This document shows positions 52,001 through 63,861 of a stretch of DNA of 64,000 nucleotides, in pieces; positions within the stretch are counted from its first letter, which is position 1; every line of letters starts with the position of its first letter. Origin of the DNA: Amoebophrya sp. A120 (taxonomy: Eukaryota; Protista; Dinoflagellata); assembly GCA_905178155.1 (NCBI GenBank), contig CAJINV010000002.1, positions 10,890,634-10,954,633 of the forward strand, read 5' to 3'. The position numbers were made by a program, and so were the translations under genes. The notes below the pieces were generated by a model, which was given only the letters and a program-made list of their open reading frames with translations, did not search any database and was not told the DNA's origin.

Positions 52001-53777
52001 AGCGACCGCAGCACATCAGCAGCACGGGGGGCCGACAGCGATTTCGAGGCAAATTAGCCCTCCGATGCCCTCCGTCCCGGAAGAAGCGGACGAGGACGAT
52101 GTGTTATACACCGGCACTTCTGGAGGAGGTAGTATGGACGTAGAAGACGACGGAATGATGGCCGACGTGGACGAGGCTGGTCCGACGGCTGCACAAAGCT
52201 TTTCTCCTCCTTCTTCACCTCCGGCGCAGCGCGGACAGCAGACAGACCCGCAATTCATTCGAGCCCTCGACACCCCGCGTGGGGCGCGCCCACCGCTCCC
52301 CTACGATCATGGCACCAATCACCCTCCCCCGGCGATACTTGCACGTGGCGGCGCCCAACCTGGAGTTGCGGCTGAGGTTGGTAGAGACGAAGTTGTCGCA
52401 GAGGATCCACCACAGCGTGACATCACCTCGAGCTCTACTTCGCCGTCTAGCAGCTCCACCGCCGAGACGTTGAGCAGTGGAACCGCAGTGCTGGATGAAA
52501 GTGGTCATCGCGAACCGCAGGGGACAGGGCTGACGGGGCTTGTTGGTGATCATGTGAGCAGCGATGGTCGGGAGTACCAGCAGGATCCTAGCGCGACGGA
52601 TGTTGAGCGGGAGAGAACACCATCGGCCGATTCGAGCAGCGACGGTGGTAGCCATCCGGCACACGGTCAAGAGGATACGCTCTCAGTGGGAGCGCAGGCG
52701 GACGTTTTTGTACAAGCGCAAGAGCAAGAACAGCTACAGTTCCCGCAGACACCCACTGGGCAAGATCCACTAGTAGCCCGGCAAGTCAGGAGCCACATGT
52801 CAGTCCCAGAAGAGGGCAGAGCGAATGCGTCGAGTACTTCCAGCGCAGGACAGACGACACTTCAAAATGCGGTCAGCAACGAGGCGCTGGACTGCTTTCG
52901 TCGGACACTTTCGCCACATGAGATCGACGCCAAACCGCTGGATCCGAGCATGCTGTTCGCAGCCGCCGCCTCGGCCGACATGCCGGTTCCGGGCGGCAAC
53001 TCGTCGCGGTTGGCGCGACCAGATCTTCCGGAGGTCACGGACGAGATGGGGCAGTGTGGCGACAGCTTGCTATCGACCATGGAACGACAGACCTCCACGG
53101 GATCCGACCAGCAGGAGGTAGAGGAAGAGCAGGCTTTCGGGTCGGTAGGACATTTGCCAACGCCGGGAGAGCTGAACCGAGACGACTTCTGGGCCAGCGA
53201 CGCGGCGCGGACGAGGACATCGTCGTACCAACAAAAGTCCTTGCGGCCCCGGCCGCCGAGGTTGCCGGATAATTCCGGCCAGTCGCGACCCAAGCCACCC
53301 GCAACTCCGATGCCCGGCGGGACGATGCCTTTCGGAGGGGGCGCCCGACCGCGAGCCGCCGGGTCCTCCTCCTCGTCGTCAACCTCCTCGAGTAGCGGGG
53401 CCAGTCCGGTCGTGCACGAGCAGCAAACGAGCGCCGGGAGCGTGCCTGTTTCTAGCGCGAGTTCAGCTCGCCCTGTGCGAGAATTACTTCCAGAAGAGAG
53501 GGCGCAATATGAGGGGTCCGCGCCGGGGTTTGTAGATGAGCGACCAGGTGCGGAGGCGGACGTGAAGGAGCATTCTGGTAGCAATGGCGGTGATGTCGCT
53601 CAAGGAGCATCCTTGCATGTAGAGCAGGTTCTTCAGGAAGTTTCAGCGGTTCAAGCTCCTCTGCAGCCGGCACTTCAAGCAGAACCGAGACCACTAAACG
53701 AGGGTGCTAGTATAACTATGGGGGACCCGGGTGCGGCCGAGGGCGATGGGCTTGGCAACGGGGCACTCGCTGAATAG
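40093..53777 (+). CDS. Giant (~4,100 aa) low-complexity protein with several hydrophobic segments and a ubiquitin-like domain; exons 40093-44239, 44658-46832, 47106-47267, 47455-47567, 47823-48225, 48433-53777
   Basis: Phase-consistent GT-AG joins give 12,345 nt. The spliced sequence VRVRLRQ...RRLNIGQGNT|VLDLRREIARITG...WQVWRL...LLHDSAQLDSL fits a Ubl pattern. Hydrophobic stretches lie near 44140, 45380 and 47130. The start codon and the single-gene model are uncertain. Confidence 0.55.
44237..44284 (+). repeat. Exact 24-bp tandem duplication spanning a 5' splice site
   Basis: CTGGTACTGAATACAAATATATCT occurs at 44237-44260 and 44261-44284. Confidence 0.9.
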
Positions 53778-56566
53778 AACGGAAACCTGAACGGTTTGTC
53801 TTTGTCACTGTACTTGTTCAGATACCACCAGAAGCTCTTTACGGTCCAGGTTCTGCTTCTTTGCGGATCTTGTTCCGCAGAGTTGGCTTACGCAAGGTAA
53901 GTGCTTCCTTATGTGAACTTGTTGGATGTTCGTTATTCATGAGCAAGACAGAGAGTTGTATATGTATTGGCAAGTCTGAATGAATAAAACTACTGAAGAT
54001 GAGTGTAACTCCGCGACAATATTTGCGCGTTTTTCATCATTTTCTTCAGTCAACGTCGGTCTGGACGGTGACGGGCTGCTGAGCACTCACGAAAGCATCT
54101 AGCTTGAACAGCTGTATCCAAAGGCAAATTAACTCACAGGTTTAGCTTTGGCTGGCCGGAGAAGCGCGAGACTGCATCTTTTACGGGTCAACCGGTGTAT
54201 CGAGCATTGAAGGTAACCGAAATGACCTTGTACACAAGAAGGGAATTATAGCACTGTTGCAACTGTTGCTGTTAGAATCGCATGTGCTTTTATTCCACTT
54301 TGACTACATCAACTACCATTCTTTCATCACAGAACGCCGCCGATTGATAGAAGAATGATCCACCGGACGCTCGACTAGGCGAACGCGAACCCCTGATTGC
54401 ATCTTTGTGACGCCCACCATGACTTTTGTTTCGTGCCTCCGCACTTCAGCTTCTGCTAGCTACCGCATCGTCCTCGGTGTGCTCGTCCCGATACACAAAT
54501 ATAGCGATAGATTTCTACAACTCTTTCATATGACGACAAAATGCGACATCGAGGACGAGAATGCTCTCAACTCCACATCCGGCGATCGGGAGCTCCTGGT
54601 AGTTTGAGGATACAGCAATTTTGATCCCATTGATATTTTCCACCAGGGAATCGTTCTAGATTTTGATTTTTTTCCGCAAAACTGTATCTATTCAGTGTAT
54701 GCTTTTTGTAATTGTTCCTGTCCGTATCCACCGCTGCAAGAATACCTCGGCCCGAAACCATGACCCACACTCCCAAAACTCTTCTGGTGATTAGGAAAAA
54801 GTAGATGCAGCATGTTAGAAAGCTCGGAGATTGGATTCGGACAGATCTCGGTTTCTCGGGAATACAGTCGCCCTTTAGCGACGGACATACTTGCTATACT
54901 ACGCAGTAGAACTCTATTGCAGACTATGTAAGTAGCATGAATCGCCAACTCTAGAGAATACAGTTACAACAGTACCGTTGTCGTAGATGTTCAAAGTTCA
55001 GACGTAGTACTACCCCAGTAGATGACACCTCGTGCAGGTCGTCTTTGCAGTAGAAAAAGACACTTCACTTAGTTTTCCAGACGAGCAAGCTACTTGTACT
55101 TAAACCATCCCAGGCTCAGCAACGCTTCAGTATACTGAGGTACGTCCCAAGCTAGAGTGCTTCAAATTTTCAATCAAATACGAGGAATCTTGACAGAAAT
55201 CAGGACCAGATCAGACTCTACGAGAATCGAATATTATCAGTCGAAAAAAACAGCAACACTCGTGCGCAAAAGATTGTTTAGAACCATACAACTTTAAATA
55301 CGTCGGCAAGATGAAACAAGCTTAAGCTGGTAAAGAAACAAGAGCAGGTAAGACCAGAGAGTAGATTAATGACTGTGAAAGAATTTAGAGCAGACCGTCG
55401 TGGCTAGGCAAAAAACACACACAACAACTCACAAAAAATCCTCGCCACCTGTCTATTTGCTTTCACTTTCCAACAAGTCGCGTGGTAAGCCCACCATTTT
55501 AAGTTTTCCAGAAGAAGAGTCGCAGTCGTGCGCTGAGTCGATTACTTAACAACGTCACGCTATCGCTCACGAATACTTTCTCATAAATAACTTCATTCAG
55601 ACCTTTCGATTCTACTCCTTGAGTGAATTGATAAACACGCAACTAACTTTTTGTATCACAGAAAAATCATGACGAGATGAATCATTTTCTTACACAACGC
55701 AAATCTCAAAAATTACTGCATCGTTTTTTCAGCTGCAAACCAGAATTGCCATCCGATGTTTCGCGATCCGATGTTTCGCGTCCAACTGGGCGGAGTTTTT
55801 TGCTACTCAGGTGTGGCATCTGTTCAATTTTGACCCAATTGCAGAGAAAAAATTGTATTGTTGTCTTTCACAAAGAGCAGTTGAGCTTGAGATCGTTCGT
55901 AGTTTATATTTTTTTTCCAAAAAAATAAAAGGTAGATCTTTCGTAGGAACGAAGGTGAAATAGAAATTATGAGGAATTTGGTGAACGTGCTTCGAACTTC
56001 TACTCGAAGTGTTGACGGAAATTCAAAGATCACGTGCGTTTCCAGTTTCTTTGGAGGTCTGAGACAAACCGATCTGTGGATAATTTATATGAGTGGAAGT
56101 AGAAGTAATACTAATATTTCCAAGTTCAGGTAGTTTTCTTGTTGGACAAACGTTTTAAATCTAAGAACCGAACAAGATCATAGCATCCGTTTGCGGATTT
56201 TCGATTTTCAGCAAATCTTTTTTCGCAGCGGCAGCGAAAGAAGTGATCTTTTTGCAGAACCAGGAAGATCGAACAGCCATGGGATGCCGCTGCATATTCC
56301 CTTGAGCATCGTTTTCCGTCGCCAGGCTGAGAAAACTTCTTACTTCTGCTCCAAAATACGGGATAATTTTTTCTTTTCCAAATCCAAACTTGCAGTGGCG
56401 TGAGTGCACTGGATAGAAGTTCTTTTATCGAAGGTGTCGTCGTGGTGCGTATTTTTACACCTAGACTGGCGCCGGCGCACTTGAACTTTTCCTATTCGGT
56501 TCTTTTCTCGGACCACTAATCGATTCTGCGACAAGTTTATCTCCTCACCTCCGCAAGAACATCATC

Positions 56567-58377
56567 ATGACGACCTTTCGCGCACCCCCGGGGTTCGGGA
56601 AGGGCAAGTTGGGCGGTAAGTTTCTCGAGCAGGGGAAGAACGCGGAGGCCGCGATTGCCGTGTACGATCCGTTGAGCCGCATCTGGGTGGGTGGGCTGCC
56701 CATGGGGATCACGGACATGATGCTTGCGCACGAATTCAACCGCTGTGGCAAGGTTCTGTCCACGATGATCAAGCGCGGGGGGAAGGGCAAGGGGCCGCCG
56801 TTTGGGTTCATCCAGTTTTCCTCCCAGGACGAAGCGAAGACCGCGATCCGGAGGATGGACCAGAACCGCTGCTTCGGCAACCCGATCAAGGTGTGCGGCT
56901 GTACCGGCGATGAGAGCAAGGTGGACCGGAAGGGCGCCACCGTCCACGTGGACCCCAACAACCCGATCGATCCGCGGTGCGGGCGTCACTACGGCGCCCT
57001 GGATACGGTCCACAACCAGCACGGCGGTGCTGTGACCACGGAAGCCGGGGAAGTGCCCTCCCAGCGGCGGACTGCGCCCCCGCCCGCGGACCGTGACCGC
57101 GCCGACTCGCGCGACCGTGAGCCGGCGAAGAAGCCACCGCCCCGCGACAGCTCGCGGTCGCGCGATCGCGGTCGAAAAAACGATTCTCGTCCCCGTGCTG
57201 GACGGGGACGCCGAGATGAGTACTTACACTTGCTACGCACGTTTTTTTTTCCAATAAAGCAATTGTCATTCGTAGTAGAGGTGTTGGGTCTGGTTTTGAA
57301 AGGGCCTACTTGAAGCACGTGTTGATTGTTTTTTTTGCGAAATTGTTTGCACGGAAGGAAATGCGTAGCACTTACCGACTTGGCTCCTGATACATGTCAT
57401 GTAGTTATGCTGGAAAATATAAATATATTATAAGTTGAAAGAGAAAGCACACCCACACGTATTTGTTGAAATGTAAACAATGTTCTTCAAAACAGCAGGA
57501 GCAACGACCGGCGTGGCGGACGGGCCAATCGTTCGAGATCCCGTTCCCGCGACCGTTCCCGAGGGCGTTCGCGTGGCCGGTATGATAACATACTTTTTTC
57601 GTACAGCATGTTGTATACTTAAGTACATAAAGACCACGCTTGATATGTTACGGCGCAGCTTACCTACTAAGAGTACTGCATGCAATTGGAATTGCCTGGG
57701 TTAATATGTTTGTTTTTGTCTACCGATGCATACCTATAGCTATACCATTACCAAATCAAAACAATTCTGTTCGGATTACCATGATAAAAACTTTCAGACG
57801 CGACCGCAGTCGATCCCGTTCCCGTTCCCGGGACCGCCGGCCGAAGTCCACCTCCCGTTCCCGTTCCCGGGGTGGGGCCGCGCACCGTGGCTCGCGGGAC
57901 ACGAAGCAGGGCGACTACAATGTGATTCTGGAAAATCTGCCCACTGATATGGAGTGGTCTGAACTGCGGATTCTTGGCAATCAGTACTGCACGTACAAAG
58001 AGAGTGGCTGCACGTTCTCCAAGATCTTCGATTCGGCCAAGGAGGGGAAGGTACTTTTTTTGCTCGCTTTTTTGGTACTTGTGTCCTCTACAGGCCACAT
58101 TATTCATTGTACTGATGCGTGATATAGTTACGTCAAGGATCGGCTGAAACAGTATAGACGGAGAAGAAACTTGTAAAATCAAAATGATCTTCAGGGTGAC
58201 TGGGCTGATATTCGGGTCGGGCAGCTGGAGTTCGTTGATGAGCGCGACGCGGACGCTTTGGTGGCAAAGTTGAACAACAAGCGCATTGCGGGGCACGACC
58301 AGCGACTGCAGGTGTACCGGATGACGAAGGAGGAGATCAGGAACCTTGCGAAGGGCAGGGGAAAAGGTGGCTACTAG
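56567..58377 (+). CDS. SR-family (SRSF1-like) RNA-binding protein with two RRMs and an RS region; exons 56567-57219, 57499-57579, 57798-58050, 58195-58377
   Basis: RRM1 has RIWVGGLP (RNP2) and PPFGFIQF (RNP1). RS dipeptide tracts follow, then RRM2 YNVILENLPTDMEWSELR...GQLEFVDERDADALVAKLNN. Introns are phase-consistent and the TAG stop ends at 58377. Confidence 0.85.
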
Positions 58378-59805
58378 ACGAGCTGCGGGTGGAGCTATGA
58401 ATCGTGCTGACCACACAAAATAAGTACCAGACACCACATGATCAAATGAAAATGTCTACGAGAGCTTCTATGCGCTACACTTTACACTTCTGGTGTGTAA
58501 CGACAAGAGTAAAACAGTATACACAAAAACGTCGATATTATAGGATGTAGCAGTATTTCAAGAAGTTCAAGACGAACTGAACGCGAACGCCTGTCCCTGT
58601 CGTCGTCAGAACAAGAAATTCTTCGCTGGGGGCTAGAGTGGGTGTACCTCCACTGGGAGACAAGTTCATTTAGAATGTAAGGCGAAATTACGAAGATCCA
58701 AACGACAGCGGAAGATGAGATAGAGGATCTTTCGAAGCAGGTGTTGTCCGTAGTACCTTAGCTTTGATTTGCACATTTTTAGTGGGAGCAACTCGATGCT
58801 GCGATGTTGGCGTCGAAGCCGTCGAATCAGGCTGCTAAAGACCAAAAAAAATTCGGCACAGAAAGGTAGATAAGTTTCACAAACAACGACTACGACGACC
58901 AACGTGGATATTTTTCAAATTCAAAAATGACGAAATGATGGCTCTTAAGGTTGTAGAGCCTTTTCCTTTGCTGTACTATCTTTGCTCCCCCCGCCCACGG
59001 AAGCAAATTTGATCGTCATTTTGTTAAAACTTTTACCAAGTGAACTACAGCTGCAGACTACAAAAGGGACTGTGACCTGTTGAGTGGTATTTTTGTTCTG
59101 ACGACAGTGCGGGAAGTTCGCGAGTGTACTCACTAGTATTCTCCATTCGTGTTTCATTGTCGTTTCTTTTGACTCCTCTTTATCTTTATGTACCTAGTAT
59201 CAGAAATTCGTTTCGCTTGTTGTCGCATTTACACTTTCACGGGATGCCATGATCTCTCGGAGAGAGCGAGAAGACGGCTCAAATAGTGCCAGTGCTACCG
59301 GAGAGAGGGGAAGAAAAAATAAAATTTTTTTATGTGATTTTCGTGTTTTGATCGTGACCTGAGGGGGTGAAAGTTCTTCATTGTGGTGGCTCCGTCAGCA
59401 AAGGGGATCAGTTTTTGTTTCACACGGTCTTCCTCCATGATATTTTGTTCATGGTGTTAGTTTTCGATCCAATTCCAATGGGATGTTGTTACTTAGTGTG
59501 GAAGGAAGCTACAAGAGCAACAGGATCGTAGCTCGTTTTGGAAAGCCACAACCCTGGTGATCCGTGTGTGCCTGCGTTATGCGGGTTGTCTTTTTGCACC
59601 CATGCTGCTCCAATATAATTTTGTTTATTTGCTGCATTCTAAATACAATAGGGATAGGCGGGGACGTCGAGACCTCGGGCTCTTTGCCCCGGCCCGTAGA
59701 GAATAAACAGAGCAAAAGCTCCGGAACACCTGGTTTTGTATACCCATTCCGGCTCTGAAATGACAAATAAGAAGGACCACTAGCTGCAATCCACTGTCCG
59801 CGAAA

Positions 59806-62800
59806 ATGTTTTCCGCGCCACGGCGGGCTTCTACTTCAGATTTGGCGGGCTCCGTAACGGGCTCCTCTTCTGCCGTGGGGCCGCCAAGAACTGCAGGTGC
59901 CGCGAGCAGCAGCAGGTCGCCTTCGGGACAATTTCAGGAGGAACACCACCAGAGAAAAAATCGCTCCCTGCGGCCCCGGCAGACAACAAGTACCACGGCA
60001 CCGACGACGTCCACTAGCACCAGGGGTCGGGCGTCGACCGAGCATGATCTGTCGTCCCAGAGGTTTTCCTCCGCGCGGGACGACTCGGCGCAGGTAGAGG
60101 AAGGGGATGAAGGCAATCGAGATGAACCACATAACACGTCGGGGGAAATAATCATGGCGTCTCCGTCCACGCAGGACCGCGACGGCGAAAGTCGTGCATC
60201 CCAGTCTCCCCAGCTCGGCGGGAATAAAGAGACGAACAACATAACAAGGATGAATACCGCCGGAGTGAGAAGTAGTACAAGTACGCAAGTCACAAGTCTG
60301 GCGGCGGTGCCCTTGGCCTTGGAAACAAGTAACGACACCGCTACCGCCGGAACAACGGCCTGGCGTCACGAAAAAGCCATGCGGCGGGTCTTCGCGCGGA
60401 AGAAGTCGCTGCTAGAATCTGGGGACTACGTGAAGGAGATCGAGGCGCAGCTCCGCGCCGCGACGGAGGCCTTGGAGGAGCTGGAGGACGGGCAGACGCC
60501 GATCAATGCCCCGGCTATTGCACTCGACACGCGATCCAGCAGGACCACGAGGCGAGGGGGCCGTGGCGCTAGTACTAGTTCTGGCACGACCCCTTCCGTT
60601 TCCCAGCACCAGCACGCCTTGTCCACAACGCCAACCCACCACCTTCGGCACGCGACTGCGAGTGGGCACGCGTCGAACGTGCAACCAAAGCCGGTGGTCA
60701 ACTACAACCGGGCGTCTACCCAGGACCTGGCGCGGATCGTGAAACGACAAGAGGCGAAGGTGGAGAAGTACCAGGGCGAGATAGAAGATTTGCTCGAGGA
60801 AATCGACACACTGAAGCGGGAGAAGCACGACGCGAAGGTTGTGATGGAGCAGTTCAAAGCGCAGGAGAAGAAGCACGAGCGCAGGTGGAAAAAGGAGGTG
60901 GAGGAGCGGGAGAAGCTGCAGGTGGACTACGACAAGGTGAAACTGGCAAACGAGTCCAACGAGCGCAAAATCGAGGGCTTGCGCCGCCGCCTCGTGGTCG
61001 CGCAGCAGCACGCCGGGCAGACGGGAGGGCACGGTGGGCAACATCAACAGAACCTCCTTTCCGCCACGGCGTCCAAAAGCAGCACGCTAGTACAACCCGG
61101 AGTAGACCACGACTGCATGCAACTGACGAAGTCTTCCAATCCGACGCGGTCGCCGATCGGCTTGCTATCAGAGCAAGATCGAGAAGATCTCCTGCAGCCG
61201 GCAGAAAGTTCGACCACCACCGCAGCGGCCGCAGCACATGTTTCCGCGTCGTCCCCCCGGTTTGCGACCACGGACAGCGTGAATCTGGCGGAGATTAGGG
61301 GACTAACGAGGCAGCTCGAGACCGTCACGAAGAGCGAGCACGATTGGAAGGCAACCGCGCTGGAGTGGCAGCGCGACTTTAAGGAACTGCAGGAACTCAA
61401 TCAGTCCCTGAAAGGGGAACTGGAACGGATGCGCGAGGAGCAGCAGCAGGGAATGAATGCTGACGGGACAAAAGTCAAGTCCCCCCAAGGAGAGACTCTG
61501 GGCGGGCTGTACGATTTCGAAGCGCGCTTCAAAGAGGAGCAGCATGTGCACAGGCAAACCAGACGCAACCTAGGCATTGCCGAAGAGAAATACCGAGCAG
61601 TGGTTGACGAGGCGGAAAAATCAAAACTGCAGTGGGAGTCCGAGCGGGAGAAGTACGAAACACAAAAAGAGGAATTACTGCAGCGTATGGACCAGATCAG
61701 CGCGTCTGGTATGTAGCACTTTTATTTTGAAAGGTCGGCTGTTCCTAATAAATTACCCAAACCAACAAGAACGAAGAAAAACGTATTTGCGCGTCCTTTC
61801 CGTCTCCGGCTGTTCCTGTTTAGTTTTACCCTTTGCAGTGGAGGTACTAACTTACTTAAGGGTTCTTCTTCTTGGGGCTCTTGCTGGTCACTGCACAACA
61901 GACGCTCGTTCGTTGTGCAATTTTGTTCGTCTACTCGCGGAAGATTCATACTACATCGGATCGAAATTCTCAGGTACCGACGCGTTGGAAAAGCTGAATC
62001 AAACTTTTGCGGCTGACCTGGAAAAAGTACAGCAAACTTCCAAGGAGGAGCTAGAGGCTTTTCAAAAAGCTAGCTCCGAAGAGATCGAGTTTCTGAAGGC
62101 CAAAAACGCCGAGGAGCTCGAGCGCGTTAAGCGAGAGGCCGCAGCAGAGAAAACCCGGGAGCTGGAGAAGCTGCGAATGCTGAACAGCAAGGAGCAAGCC
62201 AAGCGGCTGCTGCAGCAGGAGCAGGAGCTGCGGCTGATCCTAGACGCGGAGCTGGAGAGCGCGGAGCGGAAAAAGGTCGCAGCGGTCCAGGACAAAAACC
62301 AGGAATGCCAGACAGCGTTGGAAACAAAGGTAAAAGAACTAGCGACCCAGCACACCGCCGCGCTCGAGGCGGTGCAGCAAAATTACGTGGAGAAGATGGA
62401 AAAGCAGCGGGCACAGTTCGACACCGAGATGACGGAACGGTTCGCCCTTGCGGAGCAGCTGAAAGCCAACCACGTGGGCGAACTCGGGAAGTTGCGCGCG
62501 GACTGCACCGCCGAAATCCAGGCTTTGAAGGCGGATTTGGCGCTGCAGCACGCCGCGGAAGTCAATGACCTGAAAAAGCAGTATGCAATGACGATGGAAA
62601 AGATGCAGGGCGAGCACGCGGAGAGGGTGACAACGACGCACAGTGACCATAGCGCACTTCTGCAGTCGAAGGAGGCGGATTTCCTGCAATCTCTCGCAGC
62701 GAAGGATGTGGAACTAGCGGAGCTAAAGGACGCTCACGAAGTAACCCTCGACACGATGCGCAACCGCCACGCGGACGAGAAGGAATTTCTGACAGAACAC

Positions 62801-63859
62801 CACGAAACCAAATTTTCGCGTCTCGTGGAGGAGACGGAAACAGCGAAAGACGCAGCGGACGAGCGTTTTCGCGCCACCACGAGCACGATGGCCTCGGAGC
62901 ACGAGGAAAAGCTGACGTCGCTCGAGCGCGACCACGCTCTAGCACTGCAGGAACTGCAGCTGAAGGCTGACGCCGAAGCGGCCAGCCTGGTCCAAACCCA
63001 CAAGGCCGGGCTGCAGGAAGTAGAGCAGCTCCACACCAAGCATCTCGAGGCGGTCAAGCGAGACCACGCGGCCGCGATCGAGGAACTAGAGGCGAGTCAC
63101 AACACCGCAACCAGGCGCCTCCACGACGAGTACGCAAACACGCTGGACCGGGTGCACGAGGAGCAGGACGCGCGGGTCAAGGAGCTGCGAAAGGAGCACG
63201 AGACGGAACTTTTCGACAAAACCACCGAATTGTCAAACCAGCATGCGGAGAAAACGAAGAAGCTGCAGAACCAGCACGAAGAGGAGCTCACCGCGCTGGA
63301 GGAGCGAACGGCGTCGGACATCTCGCAACTGAAGGCCGGGCACCTGCGCACCACCCAGATGCTGGACCAGGCCCACCGCGCCGAGATTGACACCCTGCGG
63401 GAGGAACACAAGGCGGTGCTGGAGGAACTAAGCATCGCCAACGGCGCGGTCGTCGAGGAAACCGAGAAGAGAATAAACAAAATCGAACAGGAGCTCACCG
63501 AGAAGGTGCGACAAGTGCAGGAAGCCAAGAACGTCCTGGAGCAGCAGCGCGTCGCGGACCTCGCGGACCAGCGGGCGCAGTACGAGTCGCAGCTGAACGA
63601 CGTGCTGGAGGAACACGAGAAGGAAGTAAGCAAAGTGGAGAAGGAGGTGCGGCAGGAGTTGGAGGACGTCGGTAGACTATCCTGTGCAAAAGTATCGTAC
63701 TCGTAGTAATCGCAAACATGCATTACAAATCTTGCTCTTAAGGTTTTATTTCTCATGCTGAGAAAATTTGTAATGCATTTATTATACGAGTACGATAGGA
63801 TACTTTTGCACAGGATATAGACTCGCGCTCGAGCAACTGGACGAAAATCTTCGTGCGCA
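59806..63859 (+). CDS. Long coiled-coil protein, 3' end outside the window; exons 59806-61708, 61974-63671, 63814-63859
   Basis: A disordered S/T-rich N-terminus precedes an extended E/K/L/H-rich coiled coil. Intron 61709-61973 is phase-1 GT-AG. The coiled-coil frame (RLALEQLDENLRAQ) resumes after the element at 63678-63817. Confidence 0.8.
63678..63817. mobile_element. Introner/MITE-like foldback element (140 bp) with perfect 19-bp TIR and 5-bp TSD TAGAC
   Basis: TATCCTGTGCAAAAGTATC (63678-63696) pairs with GATACTTTTGCACAGGATA (63799-63817). Inner arms are TATCGTACTCGTA/TACGAGTACGATA and ATGCATTACAAAT/ATTTGTAATGCAT. TAGAC lies at 63673-63677 and 63818-63822. Confidence 0.85.
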
Positions 63860-63861
63860 GT

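Noticed and set aside
53778-56566. Possible extra exon (53822-53896, followed by GTAAGT) and a 15-bp tandem duplication at 55751-55780
   Set aside because: The exon lies downstream of a stop codon with no coding support, and the duplication is an ordinary slippage-type repeat.
423-61973. General pairing of intron 5' ends with sequence ~20-30 nt before the acceptor (e.g. introns 423-582, 34735-34922, 61709-61973)
   Set aside because: The stems are short (5-13 bp, imperfect) and absent from many introns, so they cannot be distinguished from chance without a folding-versus-shuffle test.
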